From: an uncultured Caldithrix sp.
GTDB lineage: Bacteria; Calditrichota; Calditrichia; RBG-13-44-9
Reading direction: 5' to 3'
Length of the DNA: 64,000 nucleotides
Assembly: GCA_964461135.1 (NCBI GenBank)
Contig: CAYWTB010000016.1
Span: 84 to 64,083, forward strand
The notes under the pieces are model-generated. The model ran no database searches. It had not been told where the DNA came from and saw only the letters and a program-made list of their open reading frames with translations. The position numbers and the translations under genes are program-made. Positions 20,516 through 30,944 of the stretch are shown in pieces (within the stretch, counting starts at the first letter, position 1; each line of letters begins with the position of its first letter).

Positions 20516-22663
20516 TTAACGAATGACCGCAAACTTCATTACCTTGCTGTCGCCCTTCCTGAAAATTATTTTACCGGTGTTGGTGTCCCGGATGTCCTCC
20601 GTCACTTCGATGTGGGCGATATAGATTCCACTGACTACAACCTGATTGTAGGTGGTTGTGGCGTACCAGTAAGCATCTCCGCTTCCATCGTTATGTTCGA
20701 TGGTTTTTACCAGTTCGCCGGTTTCCGTGTATATTTTAATCCGGCACTGCCCCGGGATATTAAAGAAAGCCAATTTATCAGACTCTCGACCACCACTGTA
20801 CCGCAGGCGTCCGTCAGAGGAAGAAATAATATAGGGATTGGGAACAATCCGGATATCTGCCATATTATTGCCCTGGGGGCGTTTCAGAAATGCGGGATCA
20901 TATGACTGTGTAAAAAAGCGACTGCTGTTCAGGCCATTCTGACCCACTGCAATAATATAATAATAATACGCCACTCCACGGACAGCCGTAAAATCATCAT
21001 AACCGCGCTCCCCCGCCCCGGCATCGTAGATTTTTACCGGAAACTTCAGAGGATTATCATATTCACCACGCATGCGGTATATTTCAAATCCTTTCAGGTT
21101 TTCGGTATCATAGACGTCCCAGGTCAGGGAGATGCGGTCCCCACCACCTGCCACTTCGAAAACTTTGGGAGGTTTGGGAGGCCGTGGAATCTGATAATCC
21201 GCAATATAGTTATCAATGGCATTATAATAGGTTTTAAAGAGGGAATCCTTGCCGGTCATGATATATTGATTTTTGGTATAGGTGTTTATCGTTCCGGCTT
21301 TATATTGCTTACCATACTCAATGCATTTTTCAGTACTCAGGCCGTTTACAGCTTCAGCCATGACGATATGAATAGTGTCACCCGGACCGATGGTATAGGG
21401 TCCGAAACCGTTGCCGATAGAAAAACCACCGGGTCCACCGTTCTTGGGTCCTCCCAGGCTGATATTGGCGCCTTTGGTCTGATTGGCAAAATCCCCACTG
21501 GGAACCACCGCCCAGGCGTGACGGGGAGTAAAATGACCCATTTCCATCCAGGTATAACGCTTCTGCATTTCAGCCACATTATAGGGATCGCTGTTGGATC
21601 CGGTTTCCGGCAGGTCCGAACCATACCAGCCGGTGGTCCTTGGCTGCGCCGGATCGTCAACTTTTTCACCGGTTGACATATCGGCGTGTAAAGTGAGGAC
21701 TCCCACGAATTGCGGTGCCCCCAATCGTCCAACGGTATCATAGTCTGCCACATATGGAGCGAAAGGCCTCCAGATGGGTCCGCCGATATTATCGTAACTG
21801 ACCACTTTATCAGGAAAATAGCCATGCCAGACAAACTGGGTACGAATGGCTTTTCCGTTGTATTCTCTTTCCTCCGGAAGATCTCCATAAAGATCCGGAT
21901 TTTCCGTACCGTCTCCGCGTGCATCTATCATGGTATTCATTCCCCATCCCGTCCCGTTGCCAATGATATAGCGGGTCTGTTGGGTGGGGGCGAGCCGATA
22001 CTGCCAGAAAAGCCAGACATCTGTGAGAGTGTTATTGGGAAGTTCAATTTCTTCGTCATCATCCGCATTACCGGTATTGGTAAAAAAGTATTCTTGCACG
22101 ATATAATTATCGTGCCCGGGAATACTGAATTGCATGATCCTGCGTTCCATGGTTAAACCCAGCAAAGTATTAGTTTTATTAATAAGCATCATGGAAGGAG
22201 CTATAGCGGGATTTACCTGGTCTACCTGAATGTTTTTTTCGAAGGATAGCACATTATCCACAAACACTTTGGGCAGATCGAAGCGGCTCACCATTTTAAA
22301 TTCTGTGGGGAAAAATTCACCGAAACCTTGCGAACGGGGTCCAATGGTTACAACTTTATATTCATACAGATCACCACGCTCGTCGGTAAAGTTTTTGCAT
22401 CCTATCCAGAAACCTTTGGCTGCCTGGTTATCCTGATAAGGCAGATTAGCCGGCCAGATCCAGCCATCCTGCTGATTGGCGGCAGAGGAGCGTCCCTCTT
22501 CCACTTCGCTGCCCATTTCCGAAAACCAGTTTTGAAGCGATCCTGCCGCCATCCACTGGTATTTCTGGGCCTGAAGGAGAAACGGCAGGGTTATGAAAAA
22601 AATAATCGCAAATAGTTTTAAAGCAAACAGGTCGTATCGTTTTGAGTTCATCATATTCCTCAT
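20516..22663 (-). CDS. Large secreted protein with FN3 domain and 'VPNPY'-type CTD (cassette partner 2)
   Basis: Signal peptide; paralogue of 14256-16388 (GSLQN, WPA...YQDN, DNIGGP, GRL.APQ); CTD IRIVPNPY...KFAVIR. Confidence 0.85.
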   Translation of the reverse strand: MRNMMNSKRYDLFALKLFAIIFFITLPFLLQAQKYQWMAAGSLQNWFSEMGSEVEEGRSSAANQQDGWIWPANLPYQDNQAAKGFWIGCKNFTDERGDLYEYKVVTIGPRSQGFGEFFPTEFKMVSRFDLPKVFVDNVLSFEKNIQVDQVNPAIAPSMMLINKTNTLLGLTMERRIMQFSIPGHDNYIVQEYFFTNTGNADDDEEIELPNNTLTDVWLFWQYRLAPTQQTRYIIGNGTGWGMNTMIDARGDGTENPDLYGDLPEEREYNGKAIRTQFVWHGYFPDKVVSYDNIGGPIWRPFAPYVADYDTVGRLGAPQFVGVLTLHADMSTGEKVDDPAQPRTTGWYGSDLPETGSNSDPYNVAEMQKRYTWMEMGHFTPRHAWAVVPSGDFANQTKGANISLGGPKNGGPGGFSIGNGFGPYTIGPGDTIHIVMAEAVNGLSTEKCIEYGKQYKAGTINTYTKNQYIMTGKDSLFKTYYNAIDNYIADYQIPRPPKPPKVFEVAGGGDRISLTWDVYDTENLKGFEIYRMRGEYDNPLKFPVKIYDAGAGERGYDDFTAVRGVAYYYYIIAVGQNGLNSSRFFTQSYDPAFLKRPQGNNMADIRIVPNPYIISSSDGRLRYSGGRESDKLAFFNIPGQCRIKIYTETGELVKTIEHNDGSGDAYWYATTTYNQVVVSGIYIAHIEVTEDIRDTNTGKIIFRKGDSKVMKFAVIR

Positions 22664-22684
22664 TGCTGAGCTGAATAAATTTAC

Positions 22685-23617
22685 CTATTCAAATAGTTTT
22701 ATAATCACTTCCGCTTTGCCCCCGGGAAAGGTATCGCTGGTGTTATTTAACTGATAAATATTGTCCGGCTGAGCATTAGTGGGAATGGTTCCTTTGAACA
22801 TGGTCAGTTTAAAGGGTTGCATTGAGAAAGGTGGCACCGGAGGCAGTATATTTACAACCACTTCCGCCCCGCGCAGATCAATATTCAGTGCGGCACCAGA
22901 CGTATCTACCTGGATATTCTCACCCGGAAAGGCAAATGTGGGTATTAATTTTGCCGGATCGGTAGAACCATAAATATTCTGTGCATCCGCAGCTGATGCC
23001 TTGGTGAAATATCCCGTAGGGAAGGAGTCACCATTGACTATTACATAAGCCTCGTATCTCCAGCGGGGTAGTGCATCCGGCAATTCCAAACCGGCTGCCC
23101 TGGTGGTGTCGGTGAATCCGGTCATAAACCAGATACCTTGTATGGAATCGGTTCCGGGTGCTGTCAGAACCTGATACTGCCCCAGGGCCTGGCTGGCATC
23201 AAAATTGAGAAGATATTCCGTGCCGATGGAAAATGTACCACTGTTTGCTTTTAGTTTGGATGCTATTACCTGGTAAACGCTGGCCGAATCCAGTGTACTG
23301 TCTGCATTCTCAATCGAAATCACCAGGTTAACTGTTTTTTGAATGACTCCCAGTGGCACATTAAACAAACTCTGAGAGGGTGCACCCTGGTTATCAACCG
23401 TAAATCTTCCGATAAAATCAGTCTCTTGTGCCGTACTGGGGCCGTACTCCGACCACAGGGCGTAATCGGCATCAGATCCCAGGTTATCTAATCCGGTTAT
23501 ACTCAGGTCTATCTGTGTTAACTGATTCTGAGGAGCTAATACTTTCGTCTTTTTATCGCAACTGTTAAGACAAACCAGGATGAACAGAAAAACCAAAAAG
23601 ATTGATATTTTTTTCAT
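22685..23617 (-). CDS. Lipoprotein of unknown function (weak resemblance to RskA-C-like lipoproteins)
   Basis: Start at ATG 23617 (MKKISIF), lipobox CLNSC; two loosely repeated units GLDNLG..YALW and GLELP...YEAY. Confidence 0.7.
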   Translation of the reverse strand: MKKISIFLVFLFILVCLNSCDKKTKVLAPQNQLTQIDLSITGLDNLGSDADYALWSEYGPSTAQETDFIGRFTVDNQGAPSQSLFNVPLGVIQKTVNLVISIENADSTLDSASVYQVIASKLKANSGTFSIGTEYLLNFDASQALGQYQVLTAPGTDSIQGIWFMTGFTDTTRAAGLELPDALPRWRYEAYVIVNGDSFPTGYFTKASAADAQNIYGSTDPAKLIPTFAFPGENIQVDTSGAALNIDLRGAEVVVNILPPVPPFSMQPFKLTMFKGTIPTNAQPDNIYQLNNTSDTFPGGKAEVIIKLFE

Positions 23618-23636
23618 TGTAACCGCTTCCTTATGT

Positions 23637-26600
23637 TTATAGATCAATTGAAAATCTCACCCCCCAGAAAAAATTCCGGGGATTTAAGAATGTAAAGAAA
23701 TCCAGATTAGGCATATCTATATATGCTTTGGAATCCAATACTTTATTGGTGCGACCGGAATCCTGGTAAAAGCTTTGTGATGTGGCATTCCACCAGTAAA
23801 ATTGCTGATTTTTCGTATCGTAGTACATATAACGTTCGCTGCGGTCAGTATCGTCAGTACTTCCTATAACCACGATGGGTACGTACTGGGCTCCGGCACT
23901 CCGGTAGTCGCCGGGTCGGTCATCTCCCGGGATATTTACATATCCGAACTGGTCAAGGGCTTCAGTGGATGCCGGAAGATGAAGGGATTTAAAATACTGA
24001 TTTCGGTCATTACTGTCCACAAAACCGTAATCGGTCATGTATTTATAATTGAAGAGGTTATTAACATCCACGAAAAATTCCATGGTACCGAAATTGGCAA
24101 TTCTGAAATTCTTTCCAATGCGAAGATCCACATCCCAGTAATCCGTCCACTGCACATTGGCGAACACACCAGGTATACTGCCCCCTCCTACCCAGGTTGA
24201 AAACCGTCCGGCTTTCCAGTTGGCAAGGAAATTTATCCGCCAGTCAGATAGCGGTCTGATTCCGACAAATTCGGGCCCAAAGCCACGCGGAGACGTAAAA
24301 TCAAAATTGGCCCGTGCATAAGGTCTGGGTTTAGGTTTAGACTGATAGTAGTAAGTAGTTTCCCTTTCATACTGCCGTTGTGTGGCCGGATTTTCATAAT
24401 AATCTCCATATCCAAAGTAACCATAGGTAGAAACCATATAGGTATAATTTATAAAACCACGAATCCAGGTACCGCGGTTCTTTTTCACAGTAATTTCGAA
24501 TCCACGTATATCTTCATAATTGGTGGGTTCTGTTTTATCGTAAAGAACTGAACCATCAAAATTTTCATAGGTGACCAATTGTGGCTGAAGGGTAATATCC
24601 TTATAATACCCGGCGATCCGTACCAGATACAGATTCAAAAGGCTATGTTCATAGCCCAGTTCATAAGCCACTGTTTTCTGCAATTGAATATCGGGATTGC
24701 CAATGCGTGAAATCTGTCCGGTGTAACTGGCCTTCCGGATCAGATAGAGATCATCCGGTATGGGCATTTGACGGAAATGACCATAATTAAAATATAATTT
24801 ACTGTTTACCGTAACGGGAAATGCAATCGCCAGACGGGGGCTGAATGTGAATATATGTTTTGTAGCACTTTTATTCAGAAGAGTATCTATACCACCGACA
24901 TAGGTACCGCTGAAGGCAATACTATAGGGACTGGTGGAAAAATCGTACCATTCTCCGCCAGCATGAGAATAATCCACGCGCAGCCCAAGAGTTGCAATCA
25001 TGCCTTCATATTCCAGTTTATCCTGAATGTAGAGAGCACCCCGCAGGGGTGTTTTATCCCACTTATTCTGGGTATTGGAACGGGGCAGAAAATCGTCATA
25101 GCGGGCATAGTTTACTTTACTTCGGGTTACTACAAAGTCGCCACCAAATTTGATATTATTCCGACGGTCCAGCTGGGTGGTAAAGTTGCCATTAAACTGA
25201 TAACTGGTCACTTCACTGCTGTCCCGGGCATTGCTCATGCCTGCTCCCATGCGCATACCGTCGATGCCGCTGATTGAAGCCGGTTCAAATCCGAAAGGAG
25301 CTTCATCCACATAATAACTGTTGCCGAATTTATATCTCAGCGTATTATCCCGGAAAGCTCCGGTACCCTTTTCATATTTAGATCTGAACAAATTAAAACT
25401 GGTTTCATAGAATGTACGGTCACTGAGGGCATGGGTCCATTTCAAACCAAGACTGAAATAATCGGTCTTTGCCGGACCCCAGTAATCGGTATTGAACATA
25501 CGGGCATCAATATACTTGGGACCATTACTCAGGGCAGCTCCTATATCCGATGAGTTGGTAAACATGCCGGGAGTTCCGTTATTGTACTGATCCACACCGT
25601 TTTCATTTCCCAGTAGACTGGTTAACATGAGTTTTTTGCCCGGCCCCACATCGGAGGTCAATTTCAACTGCCAGGTATAGGTGTTATAAGAATCGAAATG
25701 CAACGGTATGAGGTAGGCTGATTGAGTACGCCGATAGGAGGTATAAAATCTTAGATTTCCCAGGCGATGGCTGATGCCGGGTACGGGACCGCCGAAACTC
25801 CCATCGGCTGTATAATCAGGAATCTGAATGTCCAGCTGGCGGCGATGCTGAAAGAGAAAAAGTTCCTGGGCGGCGGCTGGTGTCAGATCATCATCCGGAT
25901 TATCATTCTGGAGTGTTTCCTCGGATATGGCATTCCATCCCTTGAATTCGGGATATTGACGCTGGGTATAGGGATCCCATGCCCCGTTCTGAGTACCGGT
26001 CCAGGCAACATTATTGTCCAGAAAAGGCCGTATCCAGTAGGAATTGATAGAGTTGGGAGACATACCAAAATGTTTAGCCGACTCAGGTTTGTAGGTTCCC
26101 AAGAAGGAAGCACTGTATTTATCGGTGCTTCCCTCCCGGGTAACGGCATTAATAATACCGGAACGGATATTGCCGTATTCCGCACTGAATCCGCCCGCCT
26201 GTACCTGCAATTCTTCCACCGAGGTAAGACTTATAGCAGTATAGGGAGTATTATTACGTTCATCCCGCAGTGTGAGACCATCCAGTACAAGAGCCACTTC
26301 ATTGACGTTACCCCCGCGGATGGACAGACCCTCAACGCCGGCCTGCAGACCCACCACACTTGAGACGTTTACCACCGGCAGAGCTTTAATCTCTTCCATG
26401 GAAATATTGGACCGGCTGGCTGCCACGTCCTTTTCCACTACCGGCCGGGAAGCCACAACTATAATGGCTTCTCCCAGTTCAAGGGCTTCTTCCTCCAATT
26501 TGGTGCTGAGATTGCTGGTCTGGTCAATATTAACCCGCACCTCGGTAAACTTTTGAGTTGCATAGCCAACCATGCTGAAGGAAACGGTATAATCACCCGG

Positions 26601-26810
26601 GGGTACATTCAGGATAACATAAAATCCTTCCAGATCGGTAGCTGCACCCAGAAAGGTACCCTCTACCACCACATTAACTCCGGGAAGGGGTTCTCCCGTT
26701 TTTGTGTCCTGTACAATTCCGGTAATTTTTCCGGTGGTAGCGGCCCATGGGAGGTTAAACAAGCTACAAATGAGTAGTAAAGAAAAGATTTTTGGTTTCA
26801 AATTTTTCAT
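23637..26810 (-). CDS. TonB-dependent receptor (TBDR2)
   Basis: Same architecture as TBDR1: TTGKITG, IRGG, AGGFSAEYG, SPRLAIAFPV, NPRNFFWGVRFSIDL. Confidence 0.92.
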   Translation of the reverse strand: MKNLKPKIFSLLLICSLFNLPWAATTGKITGIVQDTKTGEPLPGVNVVVEGTFLGAATDLEGFYVILNVPPGDYTVSFSMVGYATQKFTEVRVNIDQTSNLSTKLEEEALELGEAIIVVASRPVVEKDVAASRSNISMEEIKALPVVNVSSVVGLQAGVEGLSIRGGNVNEVALVLDGLTLRDERNNTPYTAISLTSVEELQVQAGGFSAEYGNIRSGIINAVTREGSTDKYSASFLGTYKPESAKHFGMSPNSINSYWIRPFLDNNVAWTGTQNGAWDPYTQRQYPEFKGWNAISEETLQNDNPDDDLTPAAAQELFLFQHRRQLDIQIPDYTADGSFGGPVPGISHRLGNLRFYTSYRRTQSAYLIPLHFDSYNTYTWQLKLTSDVGPGKKLMLTSLLGNENGVDQYNNGTPGMFTNSSDIGAALSNGPKYIDARMFNTDYWGPAKTDYFSLGLKWTHALSDRTFYETSFNLFRSKYEKGTGAFRDNTLRYKFGNSYYVDEAPFGFEPASISGIDGMRMGAGMSNARDSSEVTSYQFNGNFTTQLDRRNNIKFGGDFVVTRSKVNYARYDDFLPRSNTQNKWDKTPLRGALYIQDKLEYEGMIATLGLRVDYSHAGGEWYDFSTSPYSIAFSGTYVGGIDTLLNKSATKHIFTFSPRLAIAFPVTVNSKLYFNYGHFRQMPIPDDLYLIRKASYTGQISRIGNPDIQLQKTVAYELGYEHSLLNLYLVRIAGYYKDITLQPQLVTYENFDGSVLYDKTEPTNYEDIRGFEITVKKNRGTWIRGFINYTYMVSTYGYFGYGDYYENPATQRQYERETTYYYQSKPKPRPYARANFDFTSPRGFGPEFVGIRPLSDWRINFLANWKAGRFSTWVGGGSIPGVFANVQWTDYWDVDLRIGKNFRIANFGTMEFFVDVNNLFNYKYMTDYGFVDSNDRNQYFKSLHLPASTEALDQFGYVNIPGDDRPGDYRSAGAQYVPIVVIGSTDDTDRSERYMYYDTKNQQFYWWNATSQSFYQDSGRTNKVLDSKAYIDMPNLDFFTFLNPRNFFWGVRFSIDL

Positions 26811-27443
26811 GGATGCTTTAGCTCCCTAATTAATTAGGATAAATTTTCGATTTTTTTACAGTAGACTACCATGATTTCCCTGAAACAAAATTCTGTAAAA
26901 AACTTCTTTTTTTTAATCCAATCCGGATCTTAACCCATCATTTTTTGTTGCTTCCAAGATGGCAAACCATTATGACGTATCAGACATCAGAAGTAATACT
27001 ATTCATATATATTATAAAATGCCCGCCACATTTCACCGTTTATTATAGTAAAACGGCAAGGCATGTATATAGCCAGTTTCTGATCTGAAGAAAAATGCCG
27101 GTTTTCTGTGAAGAAAAAATATCATCCGTCTGATTACCGGATATTTCCGGCGGGCAACCGAGTGGTTGAGAATAAACTTTATTCTCTTTAAAAGATATGG
27201 GAACAAGTGTCAAAACATTACCTTTATATATCTTCCGAATTATAAGTAAAAAAAAGAAAAATTTCAAATAAAAAAAATAACTTGAATGGTATTTTTTAAT
27301 CTTTAAGATTTAAACTACTTAATTTGTCTAACAACTTTTTTTTGACATTAGTGATGTACACCATTCACAATTCATGGTTAGAATATATCCTCTTACTTTA
27401 ATAATGATTTTAATCCCCTCAGATGACGATAAGAATTTAATTT

Positions 27444-30326
27444 TTATTCCTCAACACTTTCTTCCTGCGCCAATGTTTCTCCCGATTTTTGTAATACCGC
27501 TTTCATGACGGCATTATGGAATTCTCGCCGGGCCTGGTATATTCCCTCTTTCTCACGAGTGGGATAAACCCGGTTGGTCAGAAGAATAACAGCAATTCTG
27601 CGCCGGGGATCGATCCAGATGGAGGTGCCGGTAAAACCGGTATGGCCAAAGCTTCCTTCCGAAAAATAATCACCGGCCGAGGATCCCTTCCCGGCAGGTA
27701 CAGCCCATCCCAGGGCTCTTTTGCTGCCGGGAGGAATATCCTGCGGTGTCGTCCACATCCGCACAGTTTCTGCGGAAAAAATCCGGGTATGCCGGTAAAT
27801 TCCCTTATTGATCAACATCTGGGCATAATTGGAAAGATCCTCCGCCATAGAAAATAGTCCGGCATGACCAGCTACGCCCCCCAGGAAAAAGGCATTTTCA
27901 TCATGGACTGTACCGTGAATCAGTCCCCGCTTCATGTTCCCACCGATTTCGGTAGGAGCAATACGGTACCTCAGACTTTCCGGCGGATTAAACAGGGTAC
28001 TGGACATTCCCAGGGGATCATATATCATTTCCCGTGCCATCTGATCCAGGGATTGCCCGGTTATGGTTTCCAGTATTTTGCCCATCAGAATAATTCCGAG
28101 ATCCGAATATACCATAGAATCTCCCGGAGCAAATTTCAGAGGCAGATTATAAATATATTCTATAGCCCCGGGAGCATTCTGTGCTTTTTCCCACAGGGAA
28201 TCCCATCCGGGAAGTCCGGACGAGTGCGTTAAAAGATGACGGACCTTCACGGAATCTTTCCGGCCGCCACTGAATCCGGGCAGATAGCTTTTAATCGGGA
28301 TATCCAGACGCAGTTTTCTCTGATCGTAGAGATGCATCGCCACAGCAGTGGTGGAAGCCACTTTTGTCACCGAGGCTAAATCATAGATGGTTTCGCTGGT
28401 GATGGGAGGAGAATCCGCCTGGTAGGTCTGGTGGCCAAAACCCCGGGATGCAATTAGTTTACCATCATATAATACTGCTACCTGGGCTCCCGGAAATATA
28501 GAGTCCGCAATAGCTTTTTCCAGAAAATGATACGCTTCGGATAGAAAATCATCATTCAGTTCCTTCTCAACCTGCATTGGGTAAACAGGACGGGTTAATC
28601 CTTCTCCCCTTTCTGCCAGACCCGGTATGGATACCGGAATTTTAGCACGAATGGGTATTTCACCGAAAATTGCGCGCGTGGCAGCTGCTATTGCCAGCGG
28701 GTCCGCCGAATAAGCACAGAAATAACTGCGGACCTGAGGTATCTGGCGCAGAATATAGGGAGAACCAAAAGAGACCACCGCCATGGGTTTGGCGACTTCA
28801 AAAAATTTTGTTAATAAATTTACGGTAGTATCCGGAAGGGTTACCGAACCTTTGTAGCTACCCCAGGTCACAAATACTCCTGTAATAACAGCCCGGGAAG
28901 ATTGGGCCAGGCTAATGATTTTTTCAATTTCCTCGGCCGAAGAACGCGAGTCTATAAGCGCACTTTTTACTGCCGGTATCCGTCGGGACACCTGCCGTTC
29001 CAGCTGGTCCCGATACATATAGCCCCATTCACGATCGGTTATGGCCACCACCAGCACACTATCCAGACGATCCGCTTTGAAAGGAATGTTGTTATTCTCG
29101 TCACGGATAAGCGTGATGGCCGCATTGGCAATTTCTTGAGCTGTTTCCCGGTATTCCGGCCTGGAAAAAATATCTTCAAAATGTTGGACATTAAAAACAG
29201 GTTTCCTTTCCAGGCCCATCTGTGCCTTCATTTCCAGAATCCGGCGTGTTGCTGTATCAATTCTCTCCGCTGAAATGCGCCCCTCGCGTGCGGCCTGCAA
29301 CACAAAACGATAGGTTGATTCAAAGTTGGGTGAATTCAAGACCATATCATTACCGGCATTTATGGCCATGACAGCGGCCTCACCTGACCAATAATTATTG
29401 GATATTCCTCCCATTCCCATGGCATCGGTAACCACCAATCCATGAAATCCCAGTTGGTTGCGCAGAACATCCTCAATAAAATAGGAGTCCAGGCTGGCGG
29501 GCCGTCCCTGCATCTGGGGAAAAGCGCTGTAAGTAATGTGTGCCACCATCACCATTCTAACCCCTGCATCCACTGCGGTTTTAAAAGGAACCAGTTCCAC
29601 CTGATTAATACGATCACTGCTGGCGGCTATTGTGGGTAAACCCAGGTGGGAATCCACATCGGTGTCCCCGTGTCCCGGATAATGCTTGGCGGTGGCGATC
29701 AAACCATTCTCCTGGGTACCGCGGATAAACGCCGCTCCCAATTTTGAGACCAGTTCAGGATCCTCGCCAAAGGAGCGGGTATTAATAATGATATTCTGGG
29801 GATTATTATTTACATCCATTACCGGAGCAAAATTCACGTGAATACCTAAAGTCCGGGCTTCTTCTGCAGTAATCTTTCCCATCTGATACGCATATTCCTC
29901 AGAGCCGGTAGCACCAACAGCCATGTTGGGCAGGAAATAGGTACCTTCATTGATACGCATGGGCGTCCCCCACTCCATATCCGCCATGACCATCAGGGGC
30001 ATATCTGCGGCAGACTGCAGTCTTTCGATATTTCGTGCCGCAGCGTACGGATCGCCCCTCCAGATAATAACGCCTCCGGCATGACATTCCTTCACATAGT
30101 CTACAAATTCTTCGAAACGGGAGTCATTATTATTATAATAGTTGGGAGTAAAACCGAAAACCATCATCTGGCCGACTTTCTGATCCAGGGTCATGGAGCG
30201 AATCTGCTGGTCGACCCAGTCTGCCGGCCTTTCCTGCCGGATACCGGAACAGCCCGGCAGAAGCAGCAGAGCGTAGAAAATGATCAATGCAGATATCCAC
30301 CTGGCCGGAATCATGAAAAGTTTCAT
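27444..30326 (-). CDS. nagZ: Bifunctional GH3 beta-N-acetylglucosaminidase (NagZ) fused to AmiE-like serine hydrolase (beta-lactamase fold); lipoprotein
   Basis: KHYPGHG...DSH NagZ motif and nucleophile VTDAM; C-terminal half has DLASVTK (SxxK), YSD and HTGFTG; lipobox LPGC; ATG 30326 preferred. Confidence 0.88.
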   Translation of the reverse strand: MKLFMIPARWISALIIFYALLLLPGCSGIRQERPADWVDQQIRSMTLDQKVGQMMVFGFTPNYYNNNDSRFEEFVDYVKECHAGGVIIWRGDPYAAARNIERLQSAADMPLMVMADMEWGTPMRINEGTYFLPNMAVGATGSEEYAYQMGKITAEEARTLGIHVNFAPVMDVNNNPQNIIINTRSFGEDPELVSKLGAAFIRGTQENGLIATAKHYPGHGDTDVDSHLGLPTIAASSDRINQVELVPFKTAVDAGVRMVMVAHITYSAFPQMQGRPASLDSYFIEDVLRNQLGFHGLVVTDAMGMGGISNNYWSGEAAVMAINAGNDMVLNSPNFESTYRFVLQAAREGRISAERIDTATRRILEMKAQMGLERKPVFNVQHFEDIFSRPEYRETAQEIANAAITLIRDENNNIPFKADRLDSVLVVAITDREWGYMYRDQLERQVSRRIPAVKSALIDSRSSAEEIEKIISLAQSSRAVITGVFVTWGSYKGSVTLPDTTVNLLTKFFEVAKPMAVVSFGSPYILRQIPQVRSYFCAYSADPLAIAAATRAIFGEIPIRAKIPVSIPGLAERGEGLTRPVYPMQVEKELNDDFLSEAYHFLEKAIADSIFPGAQVAVLYDGKLIASRGFGHQTYQADSPPITSETIYDLASVTKVASTTAVAMHLYDQRKLRLDIPIKSYLPGFSGGRKDSVKVRHLLTHSSGLPGWDSLWEKAQNAPGAIEYIYNLPLKFAPGDSMVYSDLGIILMGKILETITGQSLDQMAREMIYDPLGMSSTLFNPPESLRYRIAPTEIGGNMKRGLIHGTVHDENAFFLGGVAGHAGLFSMAEDLSNYAQMLINKGIYRHTRIFSAETVRMWTTPQDIPPGSKRALGWAVPAGKGSSAGDYFSEGSFGHTGFTGTSIWIDPRRRIAVILLTNRVYPTREKEGIYQARREFHNAVMKAVLQKSGETLAQEESVEE

Positions 30327-30944
30327 AATCTCTTTCCTACCTACTGGATTCAAGGTACTTCAGAAATATTTATCTGTTTGACAGGACAATTTTAGAAAAA
30401 TGATGGTGAATTCAACTCTATGTGCGTTATAAACATATGATTTTGAAGCCATTCAATAATTATTTTCCCGTCATTATGGATATGTTTAAGATTCGTCCCT
30501 GAATCTGCATTAAAATTAAGGGTTGAGACGAAATTTTCTACATTTTTTTTAACTATATATGATACTAAATTAGCAGAAAAGTATGAGAATTAACCCTAAC
30601 TCTGGAAATTTTAGTCTTCTTCGCATCAGTATACACTCAAAAAAGACGGAACAACAGGTCTGGCAATCATAATATCATTCAAGAAATCCGGATTATCAAA
30701 CAGTAAATTGCCGCCCTTTATATAAGTCTTACTGAGTAAAAAATTTTCACCCGGGGGACGATCCCGCAATAAATGTTAAAATAATTGGCATATTTGCCGG
30801 ATTAATACTGGAATAATTAATTTTTTTTTGCTATCTATTTGAGAATATTTGTAATTTTGCCGGACAGCGGAATTTGAACCTGGACAAAAACACAGAGTAA
30901 ATCTGATCATCTAAGTATAATCATCTATTATAGAAAGGTGTGTT

